A stretch of DNA of 62,420 nucleotides from Saprospiraceae bacterium (GTDB lineage Bacteria > Bacteroidota > Bacteroidia > Chitinophagales > Saprospiraceae): the NCBI GenBank assembly GCA_046155725.1, contig JBJXFT010000322.1:1-62420 (forward strand), in the 5' to 3' direction. A program made the translations under genes and the position numbers. The notes under the pieces are model-generated. The model was not told the DNA's origin, ran no database searches, and saw only the letters and a list, made by a program, of their open reading frames with translations. Of the stretch, positions 8,541 through 15,998 are shown piece by piece. The number at the start of each line of letters is the position of its first letter. Position 1 is the stretch's first letter.

Positions 8541-10196
8541 TTACTTATTCCAAGTGTCCTTCAGCGTTACCGTGCGGTTGAAAACCAATTTTTCAGCACT
8601 TGAGTCGGAGTCAACACAGAAGTAGCCGAGTCGGGTAAACTGGAACTGGTCGCCGTGATTTGCCTCGGCCAACGCGGGTTCAATCAGCGCGTTTTCAATC
8701 ACTTGCAAGGAATGGGGATTGATGGTGGATTTGAAATCTTCCTCGCCCGCCGGGTTTTCTACCTGGAAAAGCCGGTCGTAGAGCCGCACTTCGGCAGTTT
8801 TCGCGTCGCTGGCCGAAAGCCAGTGAATCACACCCTTCGGCTTCAGCCCCGAAGTGTCTTGGCCAGAGCGGCTTTCAGGAACGTAGGTGCAGCGGATCTC
8901 CGTGATTTTGCCAGCCTCGTCTTTCAGCACCTCCTCGCATTGAATGATGTAGGCCGATTTGAGCCGCACCATGCCGCCGGGCGAGAGGCGGAAATATTTG
9001 GGCGGCGGGTTTTCCATAAAGTCGTCCTGTTCGATCCAAATCTCGCGGCCAAAAGCCAAAGGGCGGTTTCCAGTCTCCGGGGCTTCCGGGTTGTTCTCTG
9101 TTTCCAAGTGTTCGGTTTGCCCTTCTGGATAGTTTGTAATGACCACCTTCAGCGGGTCGAGCACGGCGAAGCGGCGCAGGGACCGTTTGTTCAAATCCTC
9201 GCGGATGCAAAATTCGAGCAGCGACATATCTGCCACCATTTCGCGCTTGCCCACGCCGATGCGGTGGCAAAACTCGCGGATGCTTTCAGGCGTGTAGCCC
9301 TTGCGGCGGAAACCCGAAATAGTGGGCATACGCGGGTCGTCCCAGCCGCGCACATGGTTTTCGTCCACGAGTTGTTTGAGTTTTCGCTTGCTGGTAATGG
9401 CGTACGAGACGTTGCGGCGGGCAAACTCGTACTGGTGGGAAGGGAAAATGCCCAATTGCGCGATGCACCAATCGTAGAGTTCGCGGTGCGGGGCAAATTC
9501 GAGCGTACAGATGGAGTGCGTGATGTTTTCGAGGCTGTCGCTCTGTCCGTGCGCCCAGTCGTACATCGGGTAGATGCACCAATCGTCGCCCGTGCGGTGG
9601 TGGTGCGCGTGTTTGATTCGGTAGAGCAGCGGGTCGCGCATAATCATATTGGGCGAGGCCATGTCAATCTTGGCGCGGAGGGTACAGTGCCCGTCGGGGA
9701 ATTCGCCGGCTTTCATTTTCTCGAACAGCGCGAGGTTTTCTTCCGGCGAAGTGTTGCGGTATGGGCTGCCCTTGCCTGGCTCGGTGGGCGTGCCTTTCAG
9801 CGCCGCCATTTCCTCCGAGGTGGAAAAGTCAACGTAGGCTTTTCCTTTCTGGATCAATGCTTTGGCCCAATCGTAGAGTTGCTGGAAATAGTCGGAGGCA
9901 TAGAGGATTTTGGCCGGCTCGAAGCCCAACCAGCGCACGTCGGCGATGATGCTGTCCACATATTCGGTCTCTTCGGTGGTGGGGTTGGTGTCGTCAAAAC
10001 GGAGGTTGGTGGCACCGCCATACTTCAGGGCGAGGCCGAAATTGAGACAAATGCTGGTGGCATGGCCGACGTGCAAGTAGCCGTTCGGCTCTGGCGGGAA
10101 TCGAGTGAGGACGGTGCTGTGCTTGCCCGAAGCGAGGTCGGCTTCGATGATTTCTTCGAGGAAGTTGAGGGATTCGGTAGGCTTGTCGTTCGTCAT
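8541..10196 (-). CDS. glnS: Glutamine--tRNA ligase
   Basis: 551 aa. Class I HIGH region [16 protein letters not shown], length and overall similarity typical of GlnS. Confidence 0.9.
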   Translation of the reverse strand: MTNDKPTESLNFLEEIIEADLASGKHSTVLTRFPPEPNGYLHVGHATSICLNFGLALKYGGATNLRFDDTNPTTEETEYVDSIIADVRWLGFEPAKILYASDYFQQLYDWAKALIQKGKAYVDFSTSEEMAALKGTPTEPGKGSPYRNTSPEENLALFEKMKAGEFPDGHCTLRAKIDMASPNMIMRDPLLYRIKHAHHHRTGDDWCIYPMYDWAHGQSDSLENITHSICTLEFAPHRELYDWCIAQLGIFPSHQYEFARRNVSYAITSKRKLKQLVDENHVRGWDDPRMPTISGFRRKGYTPESIREFCHRIGVGKREMVADMSLLEFCIREDLNKRSLRRFAVLDPLKVVITNYPEGQTEHLETENNPEAPETGNRPLAFGREIWIEQDDFMENPPPKYFRLSPGGMVRLKSAYIIQCEEVLKDEAGKITEIRCTYVPESRSGQDTSGLKPKGVIHWLSASDAKTAEVRLYDRLFQVENPAGEEDFKSTINPHSLQVIENALIEPALAEANHGDQFQFTRLGYFCVDSDSSAEKLVFNRTVTLKDTWNK

Positions 10197-10230
10197 GTTT
10201 TTGTGTGCTTGCGTGTTGTGGCGGTTTGGT

Positions 10231-10238
10231 TACTTTTG
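10231..10238 (+). promoter_or_regulatory. Candidate -7 box (TACTTTTG) for the methyltransferase gene
   Basis: Matches TAnnTTTG and ends 5 nt before the ATG at 10243. The transcript is therefore either leaderless or uses the ATG at 10285. Confidence 0.3.
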
Positions 10239-10242
10239 CCAA

Positions 10243-11085
10243 ATGAATGTTCAGTTACAACTCCCACTGGATCAGCCCGCAAAGATGGCAAAGAAGCGGG
10301 TACAACAAAACGGCATTGCTACCACTCGTTTGACGCTTTCGGCATACGTGGGTGAAAATGAAGATGTCTTCCCTCAAATTCTTGATTTGCACGTTCCTGA
10401 AAAGGCGGTTATCGCCGATGTCACTTTTGGGAAGGGGGTTTTTTGGAACAAAGTTGATTTGTCAAAATACACCTTGTTGGCTTCTGATTTCTCTTTGAAA
10501 AATGAAGTCAAAACCCGATGGAGGCATCTCAACCCGAAGTCAGGGATTGATTGCCGTCAACTGCCTTACGAAACCAAATCACTTGATTGCATCGTGCTTG
10601 ACCCACCCTATTTGGAAAGTTTTTACCGTGAACAAAAAGGACAAGTTGGAGGGCAGGGGTCGCATCATGCTTTTCGGCAAGCATATTCTTCCAATGGTTT
10701 TTCTGAACATTCGGAGGGTAAATGGCACGAGACTGTTACAATCATGTACGAAAAATCTGGGATCGAGGCATTCAGGGTTTTGAAGCAGGGCGGTGTCTGC
10801 ATTGTCAAATGTCAAGATGAAGTAAGTGCCAACAAGCAGCGGCTCACACACATCGAAATCGTGACGGCTTATGAAAGCCTTGGCTTCTATACCAAAGATT
10901 TGTTTATTGTGGTTCGCAACAACAAACCCGTAGTGAGCCGAATGGTGAAACAAATCCATGCCCGCAAAAACCATTCTTACTTCCTCGTATTCGTAAAACA
11001 GCGTTCTAAAATTTCTAACGTTCGTTCGCTCTGTGCAATGCCAACTGCTCTTGGGATAATCCCATTGCTAAGCGCAGATTTTTGA
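10243..11085 (+). CDS. Putative site-specific DNA methyltransferase (N6-adenine / N4-cytosine type, DPPY motif), orphan
   Basis: SAM-binding-like [11 protein letters not shown] followed by [10 protein letters not shown]. Visibly AT-richer than its neighbours. No adjacent restriction endonuclease ORF. Alternative start at 10285 (MAKKR). Confidence 0.6.
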   Translation: MNVQLQLPLDQPAKMAKKRVQQNGIATTRLTLSAYVGENEDVFPQILDLHVPEKAVIADVTFGKGVFWNKVDLSKYTLLASDFSLKNEVKTRWRHLNPKSGIDCRQLPYETKSLDCIVLDPPYLESFYREQKGQVGGQGSHHAFRQAYSSNGFSEHSEGKWHETVTIMYEKSGIEAFRVLKQGGVCIVKCQDEVSANKQRLTHIEIVTAYESLGFYTKDLFIVVRNNKPVVSRMVKQIHARKNHSYFLVFVKQRSKISNVRSLCAMPTALGIIPLLSADF

Positions 11086-11175
11086 CGCGCTTTCCAAATG
11101 CTGTTAAAATGTTGGTTTCCACGCCGCAAGGATAGGGGGAGATGTCGGCATAGATTGTAGGCTATAAGTTACGCC

Positions 11176-11367
11176 TCACATTCTTTCCGGCATCTTCACG
11201 CCCAAAAGCCCCATGCCAGATTTCAGTACCTGCCCCACGGCGCGGCTCAACGTAAGCCGGAAAGCGCGGGCATCCGGCGTGTCGGCATTGAACACCGAAA
11301 GGTCGTGCCAGAAGCGATGGTACTTCTTCGCCAAGTCGTATCGCCGGGTCGGTTTTCGGATAGGCTC
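11176..11367 (-). pseudogene. argS: Orphan 3' fragment of an arginine--tRNA ligase gene (last ~63 codons only)
   Basis: Hand translation gives EPIRKPTRRYDLAKKYHRFWHDLSVFNADTPDARAFRLTLSRAVGQVLKSGMGLLGVKMPERM*. It ends in the characteristic ArgS C-terminus (...RL.L...V...G..LLG...PE.M). An in-frame TAA lies immediately upstream, and no N-terminal part is present. Confidence 0.6.
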
Positions 11368-11382
11368 TTACATTCTCAAAAA

Positions 11383-11907
11383 TCAATCCACCTCCCCCCG
11401 AATCCAAAGAATCTCCGGCTTGCGCTGGCGGTTGAAAAACACCCTGATTTTTTTCTTGAACTCGCCGCGCTCGTAGGCGTCGTATTCCACTTCCACCTCG
11501 CCCGTGCCGCCGGGCGCGATGGGCGTTTCTGTCCAGGTGGCTGCCGTGCAGCCGCAGCTGGTGCGTACGGTTTGGAGCAGAATGGGCTGCGTGTGTATGT
11601 TTTTGAATTTAAAAACGAAGGTCTTTGGATGCTCTTGGCGCAGGTGCTGGAAGTCGTGGTCGCGCTCCGTGAGCCATTCCACTATGGGAGGCTTGGTCGG
11701 GAGCAGAGCCAGATTTGACAATTCCGAAGAATTCGGGATTGTCAAATCTTCAAAACGTGTGTCATTCTGAGCGCAGCGAAGAATCTGAGGAACCGCGTAC
11801 GCGCGAGCATTATCGGGTTCTTCGCTGCGCCCAGAATGGCACGGCACTAAAAAAAGCAAGTTCAAAAAAAGCCAAAGCATCATTTCAGAAAAGTTTGTGC
11901 GCGGCAT
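11383..11907 (-). CDS. DUF1573 domain protein (secreted/lipoprotein) carrying an in-frame palindromic-repeat insertion
   Basis: The C-terminal part VFKFKNIHTQPILLQTVRTSCGCTAATWTETPIAPGGTGEVEVEY is typical DUF1573. Signal MMLWLFLNLLFLVPC is followed by the repeat-encoded HSGRSEEPDNARAYAVPQILRCAQNDT. Confidence 0.7.
   Translation of the reverse strand: MPRTNFSEMMLWLFLNLLFLVPCHSGRSEEPDNARAYAVPQILRCAQNDTRFEDLTIPNSSELSNLALLPTKPPIVEWLTERDHDFQHLRQEHPKTFVFKFKNIHTQPILLQTVRTSCGCTAATWTETPIAPGGTGEVEVEYDAYERGEFKKKIRVFFNRQRKPEILWIRGEVD
11761..11842. repeat. Palindromic (hairpin-forming) repeat element, copy 1, inside the DUF1573 ORF
   Basis: Arms gtcattctgagcgcagcgaagaa and ttcttcgctgcgcccagaatggcac are near-perfect reverse complements. 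Same family as 35511-35597. Confidence 0.8.
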
Positions 11908-11931
11908 TCGCGCCCTGAAAATTGGGCCCTC

Positions 11932-14430
11932 CTACTTCTTCTTCCCCGTTGGCCTTGTCGGGGCGGGCTTTTCGGCCTTTACTTCCACATCGCTGAGCCG
12001 AACTGCCTCGCCGATGCGCCAGCCGTTTTTGTACCAAAAAAACAGCGCAGCAAAACAGAGCAAGAGCGCAATGGCAGAGGCAACGTAGGACACTTTTTCG
12101 CCCAGATAATAGGAGCGCGGCTCAAAGCGCATCTCCAATTTTTGCTTTTCCCCGGCGGGCAGGCGCATGGCGCGGAGCAAATAATCGGCCTTGATGAAAT
12201 CGGGCGCAGGTTGGCCATTCAGGTAACATTTCCAGCCTTTGGCCGGCGGGTACCACATTTCGGAGAAAACAGCGAGTTGTTCGGTCTTGGCCGAATACTC
12301 GTACTCCATGCGGTCGGGGTGATAACTCGTCAGCCGGATGTAGTCATTGCTGTCGCGTTGGATGTTCAGCCCCTGCAAAGTAGCAGCAAAAGATTCCTGC
12401 ACCACCGCCGTATCCTTAGGGTTGAGCGGGCCGAGCGCATTGAGTTCGGCGTCGCCATCCGGCGCGGTCTGGAAGTGGCCCACGAACCACGCATTGCCGC
12501 ACACTTCCGGGTTGGGGAACACTTGGCCTTTGTCGTTGACGAGGTATTTCCCATTCATCATGCCCACGATGTGGAGGTTGCGGTTCAGGTTCTGGCCGAG
12601 GTATTTGTCCACCACTTCCTGAAAACGCTGGAGTTTGGCGGCATGGTAGCCGCTCAGGCTTTTGTGGAAATAAGAAGTAGTCGCGTTGCCCGTGATGCCG
12701 CCGCGCGCCAGGTCGAGCACCCGGAAATGCGGGTCTTTGTCCATCTTGAGTTGCTGGTCGAAGGGTTGCTGGGCAGGGGGAGCGGTAGCCGTTTTTTTGT
12801 TTTCGTATTTGGTGGCGGGCAAGGTGCGCAAACATACCAGCCAAGTATCGGCCAGCGAAAGCACGGCCACCAGGCTTACCATGAGGGCTGCTTTCAGGCT
12901 GCCGCGCAGATAAAAATAAATGAGCGCGGCGGCGGCGGCCACAAAGCCGAGCGAGCGCATCAGGTCGCCACGGAGCATACTGGCGCGGTCTTCTTTGAGG
13001 GTTGCGAGCAGTTGGGCGTTTTGCGCGAGCGCCCCGTCATTCGGCCCCTCGCTGCTGGCACAAGCCATCCCGATGAGGCACAAAAGCACCGTGGCACCCA
13101 AGCCTACCCAAAGCGCGCGTTTTTTCTGCCCAACGGCAATGTCGCTATCGGCCAATTTCTGAAGCCCCATGGCGGCCAGCGCGGCCACGCACAAATGCCC
13201 CGGCCCTAAGGCCATGGACACAGCGCGGAACTTGTTGAACATGGGCATATAATCGTAGAGCAAATCATTGAGGAAAAAGTTTTTGCCCCAAGCCAGCGTC
13301 ACCATAAAGATGCCGCTCAGCAACAGCCACCATTTCACCGGCCCCGGCACCAGGAACGCGCCGAGGAAAAAGAGGAAGCAAACAATGGCCCCGTAATAAA
13401 TCGCCGTGCCTACAAACAGCTGGTCGCCCGCATAAAAAAGCGGCGACACCTGCTGCTGCATTTGGGCTTTGGTAGTGTTGGGCGGCATCTGGCGCGACAC
13501 GGCTTTCAGCAATTTTGAACCTTCGTAAGATTCCCCCGCGCCGCCGCCCGCAAAGTGCGGCACCAAGAGCGTCATGCTCTCGCACACGCCATAACTCCAA
13601 CCGAAAAGATAGTCTTTGCTGAGGCCGTCGCCCTTGCTGGCGCTCTCCTTCAGTTCTGATTTTCCCCGGATGGTTTCCTTGCTGTATTCGTAGGTAGGCC
13701 AAAGTTTGGAGAGGTTGCAGGCAACACCGATGAGGATAACCACAGCCATGATAGCCACCTGTTTTGCCCAAGGCCCAAGCGTTTTGTGCCGCACGGCTTC
13801 GGCCAATTGTGCGAGGACATAAATCCCCGCAATCAACATGGTGTAGTAGGTGATTTGGACGTGGTTGACATAAATCTGCATGGACGTGAGGAGCGCCAAA
13901 AGCCCCGCGCCCGCCAGCAGCCGCCCATTGAAAAGTATGACCGTGGCTGCCAAAAGCCCCGGGGCAAAAGCCAGCGCAGCCATCTTGGTGGAGTGCCCTG
14001 CTTCGAGGATGTCTACATTGTAGGTGCTGATGCCGTATGCCATTGCGCCAAAAACCGCCACCCGCCAATCGGCCCCCAGCGTGACGACCAAGAGGTACAT
14101 GAACAGCATGGCGGCCAACACTTGCGCCCACACGCCCGTCACCCCCGCCCAAAGGAAAGTGGCTTTGGTGAGCGGTTTGGTGAGGTTTCCCTCAATGGGC
14201 GAGTAGATTTGATAGCCTGGCATACCGCCAAAAGCGGCATTGGTCCAGAGCGGTGCCTTGCCGTCTTTTTTCAGGTAATCTTGGATTTCGGTCTGCATCC
14301 CCCGCGCCTTGTCGTTGTCGGGTTGCGGCAGCACTTTCCCGCCAAAAAAGTTGGGGGCAAAAAAAACAGCCGACACGGCGAACAGCACGGCGGCGGCGAT
14401 GAGATGGGGTAGGAATTTTTTAAAGTCCAT
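11932..14430 (-). CDS. YfhO-family polytopic membrane protein (putative glycosyltransferase)
   Basis: 832 aa with many TM segments. The N-terminal LWTNAAFGGMPGYQIY is typical of Bacteroidota YfhO proteins. Confidence 0.7.
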   Translation of the reverse strand: MDFKKFLPHLIAAAVLFAVSAVFFAPNFFGGKVLPQPDNDKARGMQTEIQDYLKKDGKAPLWTNAAFGGMPGYQIYSPIEGNLTKPLTKATFLWAGVTGVWAQVLAAMLFMYLLVVTLGADWRVAVFGAMAYGISTYNVDILEAGHSTKMAALAFAPGLLAATVILFNGRLLAGAGLLALLTSMQIYVNHVQITYYTMLIAGIYVLAQLAEAVRHKTLGPWAKQVAIMAVVILIGVACNLSKLWPTYEYSKETIRGKSELKESASKGDGLSKDYLFGWSYGVCESMTLLVPHFAGGGAGESYEGSKLLKAVSRQMPPNTTKAQMQQQVSPLFYAGDQLFVGTAIYYGAIVCFLFFLGAFLVPGPVKWWLLLSGIFMVTLAWGKNFFLNDLLYDYMPMFNKFRAVSMALGPGHLCVAALAAMGLQKLADSDIAVGQKKRALWVGLGATVLLCLIGMACASSEGPNDGALAQNAQLLATLKEDRASMLRGDLMRSLGFVAAAAALIYFYLRGSLKAALMVSLVAVLSLADTWLVCLRTLPATKYENKKTATAPPAQQPFDQQLKMDKDPHFRVLDLARGGITGNATTSYFHKSLSGYHAAKLQRFQEVVDKYLGQNLNRNLHIVGMMNGKYLVNDKGQVFPNPEVCGNAWFVGHFQTAPDGDAELNALGPLNPKDTAVVQESFAATLQGLNIQRDSNDYIRLTSYHPDRMEYEYSAKTEQLAVFSEMWYPPAKGWKCYLNGQPAPDFIKADYLLRAMRLPAGEKQKLEMRFEPRSYYLGEKVSYVASAIALLLCFAALFFWYKNGWRIGEAVRLSDVEVKAEKPAPTRPTGKKK

Positions 14431-14528
14431 TTTGATAATGTGATAATGTGGTCAATTTGACAATTTGACAATTGGCTCATTCTCGAATTATCAAATTCTC
14501 GAATTGTCCCATTATCAAATTGTCTTGG
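14431..14528. repeat. Intergenic spacer made of short direct repeats, ending at the YfhO ATG
   Basis: GATAATGT x2 (14434-14449), CAATTTGA x2 plus a partial copy (14453-14473), ATTCTCGAATT x2, ATCAAATT x2. It fills the whole gap between the hydrolase stop and the YfhO start. Confidence 0.8.
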
Positions 14529-15179
14529 TCAGTTCAGATTCAGCAGCAGTTCGCGCAGCGTGTCGGGCAGAATCTCGTGCCCGCCCTCGAAACTCCGCTC
14601 GCCAAAGTCAATGCCGTTTTTGGTCTCTATTTCCTGCACCGTGTTCATGCGGTCGGGCGTGAGGAAAGGGTCGGACGTGCCGTAAAGCAAGTACAGGTTT
14701 TTGTCTGCCAAGTAATCGCGCTGCGCGGCGTAGTCCAAGTCTTCGGGCGGAAGGCCGGCCCAGAGCAGCAAGTCATGGAATCGGGGCTGCTTCTCCAGCA
14801 TCCATCGGCACACCGTGGCAGTGCCTTGCGAAAAGCCCAGCAGCACCACGCGCACATCGGGCGGCAACTGCGCCATGTAGTGTTCGTACAGTGCTTGGAG
14901 GTAATTGGCGTAGTCTTCTATTTCGGAGCGGCGTTGGTGGCGCGTCATCCAATTGGCCACCACAGGCCCGTCGAAGCCTTTTTTGTAAAAATGGTTCAGC
15001 CCCTCCGGGGCAATCACGAGCGTGCGGTCATTTTCCAAAAGCCGGAAATTTTCCAAAAACTCGTCGGCCAACTGCGCGTAGCCGTGGCAAACAATCCAAA
15101 ATTGGCGCACTTGGGGGCCGGGCGTTCCCAAGGAGTAATAATGTGCGGTTCGGAGGATGGAAATGGTGTGGTGCTGCAT
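14529..15179 (-). CDS. Alpha/beta hydrolase (phospholipase/carboxylesterase family)
   Basis: Nucleophile elbow LLGFSQGT. ATG at 15179 (MQHHTISIL); the ORF-track start at 15200 is a TTG. Confidence 0.7.
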   Translation of the reverse strand: MQHHTISILRTAHYYSLGTPGPQVRQFWIVCHGYAQLADEFLENFRLLENDRTLVIAPEGLNHFYKKGFDGPVVANWMTRHQRRSEIEDYANYLQALYEHYMAQLPPDVRVVLLGFSQGTATVCRWMLEKQPRFHDLLLWAGLPPEDLDYAAQRDYLADKNLYLLYGTSDPFLTPDRMNTVQEIETKNGIDFGERSFEGGHEILPDTLRELLLNLN

Positions 15180-15255
15180 CGGTCGGGTTTGAGGCGGCAA
15201 AGTACGGCAAAGTGGATTTGGCTGCTACTGGTTGCTGGGGATGCAGGTTTAGAGA

Positions 15256-15561
15256 TTAGCGATAGCGATTGGCAGATGGATCCTTTCGTTCATCGAATAG
15301 GAAAAGGAGATACAGAACCGAGCCATGTGCCCGATAGTACATTCGATGATGCTTTCCAACATGGACGTAGCGCACCGTTTTGTACCGCGTGATAGGCCTG
15401 CCAATTTCGGGATATTGAAGAAGTTGTTCCGCTGTTTCGTAAGCGGCAGTCAAAAAGGCTTGGGCGACTTCGGTACCAAATTCCTGCTGGATGTAGGCTG
15501 CTACTTCGTAAAGTTCGAGCAAGGCTGTGTTCAGCCATTCCGCTCGTTTTGGTCGAGCCAT
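15256..15561 (-). CDS. RelE/ParE-family type II toxin
   Basis: 101 aa. ...LLELYEVAAYIQQEFGTEVAQAFL...RYVHVGKHHRMYYRAHGSVLYLLFLFDERKDP is ParE-like. Overlaps the upstream small ORF by 31 nt. Confidence 0.7.
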   Translation of the reverse strand: MARPKRAEWLNTALLELYEVAAYIQQEFGTEVAQAFLTAAYETAEQLLQYPEIGRPITRYKTVRYVHVGKHHRMYYRAHGSVLYLLFLFDERKDPSANRYR

Positions 15562-15851
15562 GTTTGAAGCATTTGTTTAGCCATGTCTTGTGGGATAAGG
15601 TTGCGCTTGTCGTAACTCATTTTTATAGCCTGCTTAAGACCCGTGATGTGTTCTTCGCTCATTTCTTTTTCAAAGTCGTCTTCGATGTCATCTATCAGGA
15701 TGTCCTCTGCAGAATTTCCAAGTGCGGCGTTTGGCTCGGCAATGATTTGGATGGTTACAGGTGCTCGGTGCGCTTGAAGCAGCGACCTGATTTGTTCGAT
15801 GATTGCCTCATTGGAATTATCAACGGACACTGTGAATATGACTTGAACCAT
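15531..15851 (-). CDS. Putative antitoxin of the ParE-like toxin (family not recognised)
   Basis: 106-aa acidic protein immediately upstream of, and overlapping, the ParE-like gene. Assigned by position only. Confidence 0.45.
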   Translation of the reverse strand: MVQVIFTVSVDNSNEAIIEQIRSLLQAHRAPVTIQIIAEPNAALGNSAEDILIDDIEDDFEKEMSEEHITGLKQAIKMSYDKRNLIPQDMAKQMLQTWLDQNERNG

Positions 15852-15867
15852 TTTTCAAAAATTTTGC

Positions 15868-15875
15868 ACAAAAAT
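15868..15875 (-). promoter_or_regulatory. Candidate -7 box (TATTTTTG) for the ParE module
   Basis: The minus strand reads TATTTTTG, 17 nt upstream of the ATG at 15851. Confidence 0.35.
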
Positions 15876-15998
15876 AAGACGCGCAACGCTGCAAGCCCAC
15901 ATTTTTTGCTCCTCCAATCCGCCTTGCATCAAGAGAGCAAAAACGCATGGTGTTACGGTGGTCAGGTTTGTCGCCGCCAAAGTACGGCAAACCACTTC

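Noticed and set aside
11162-11718. ORFs 11162-11407 (-), 11213-11476 (+) and 11305-11718 (+).
   Set aside because: They overlap the argS 3' remnant and the DUF1573 gene in other frames and have no recognisable features.
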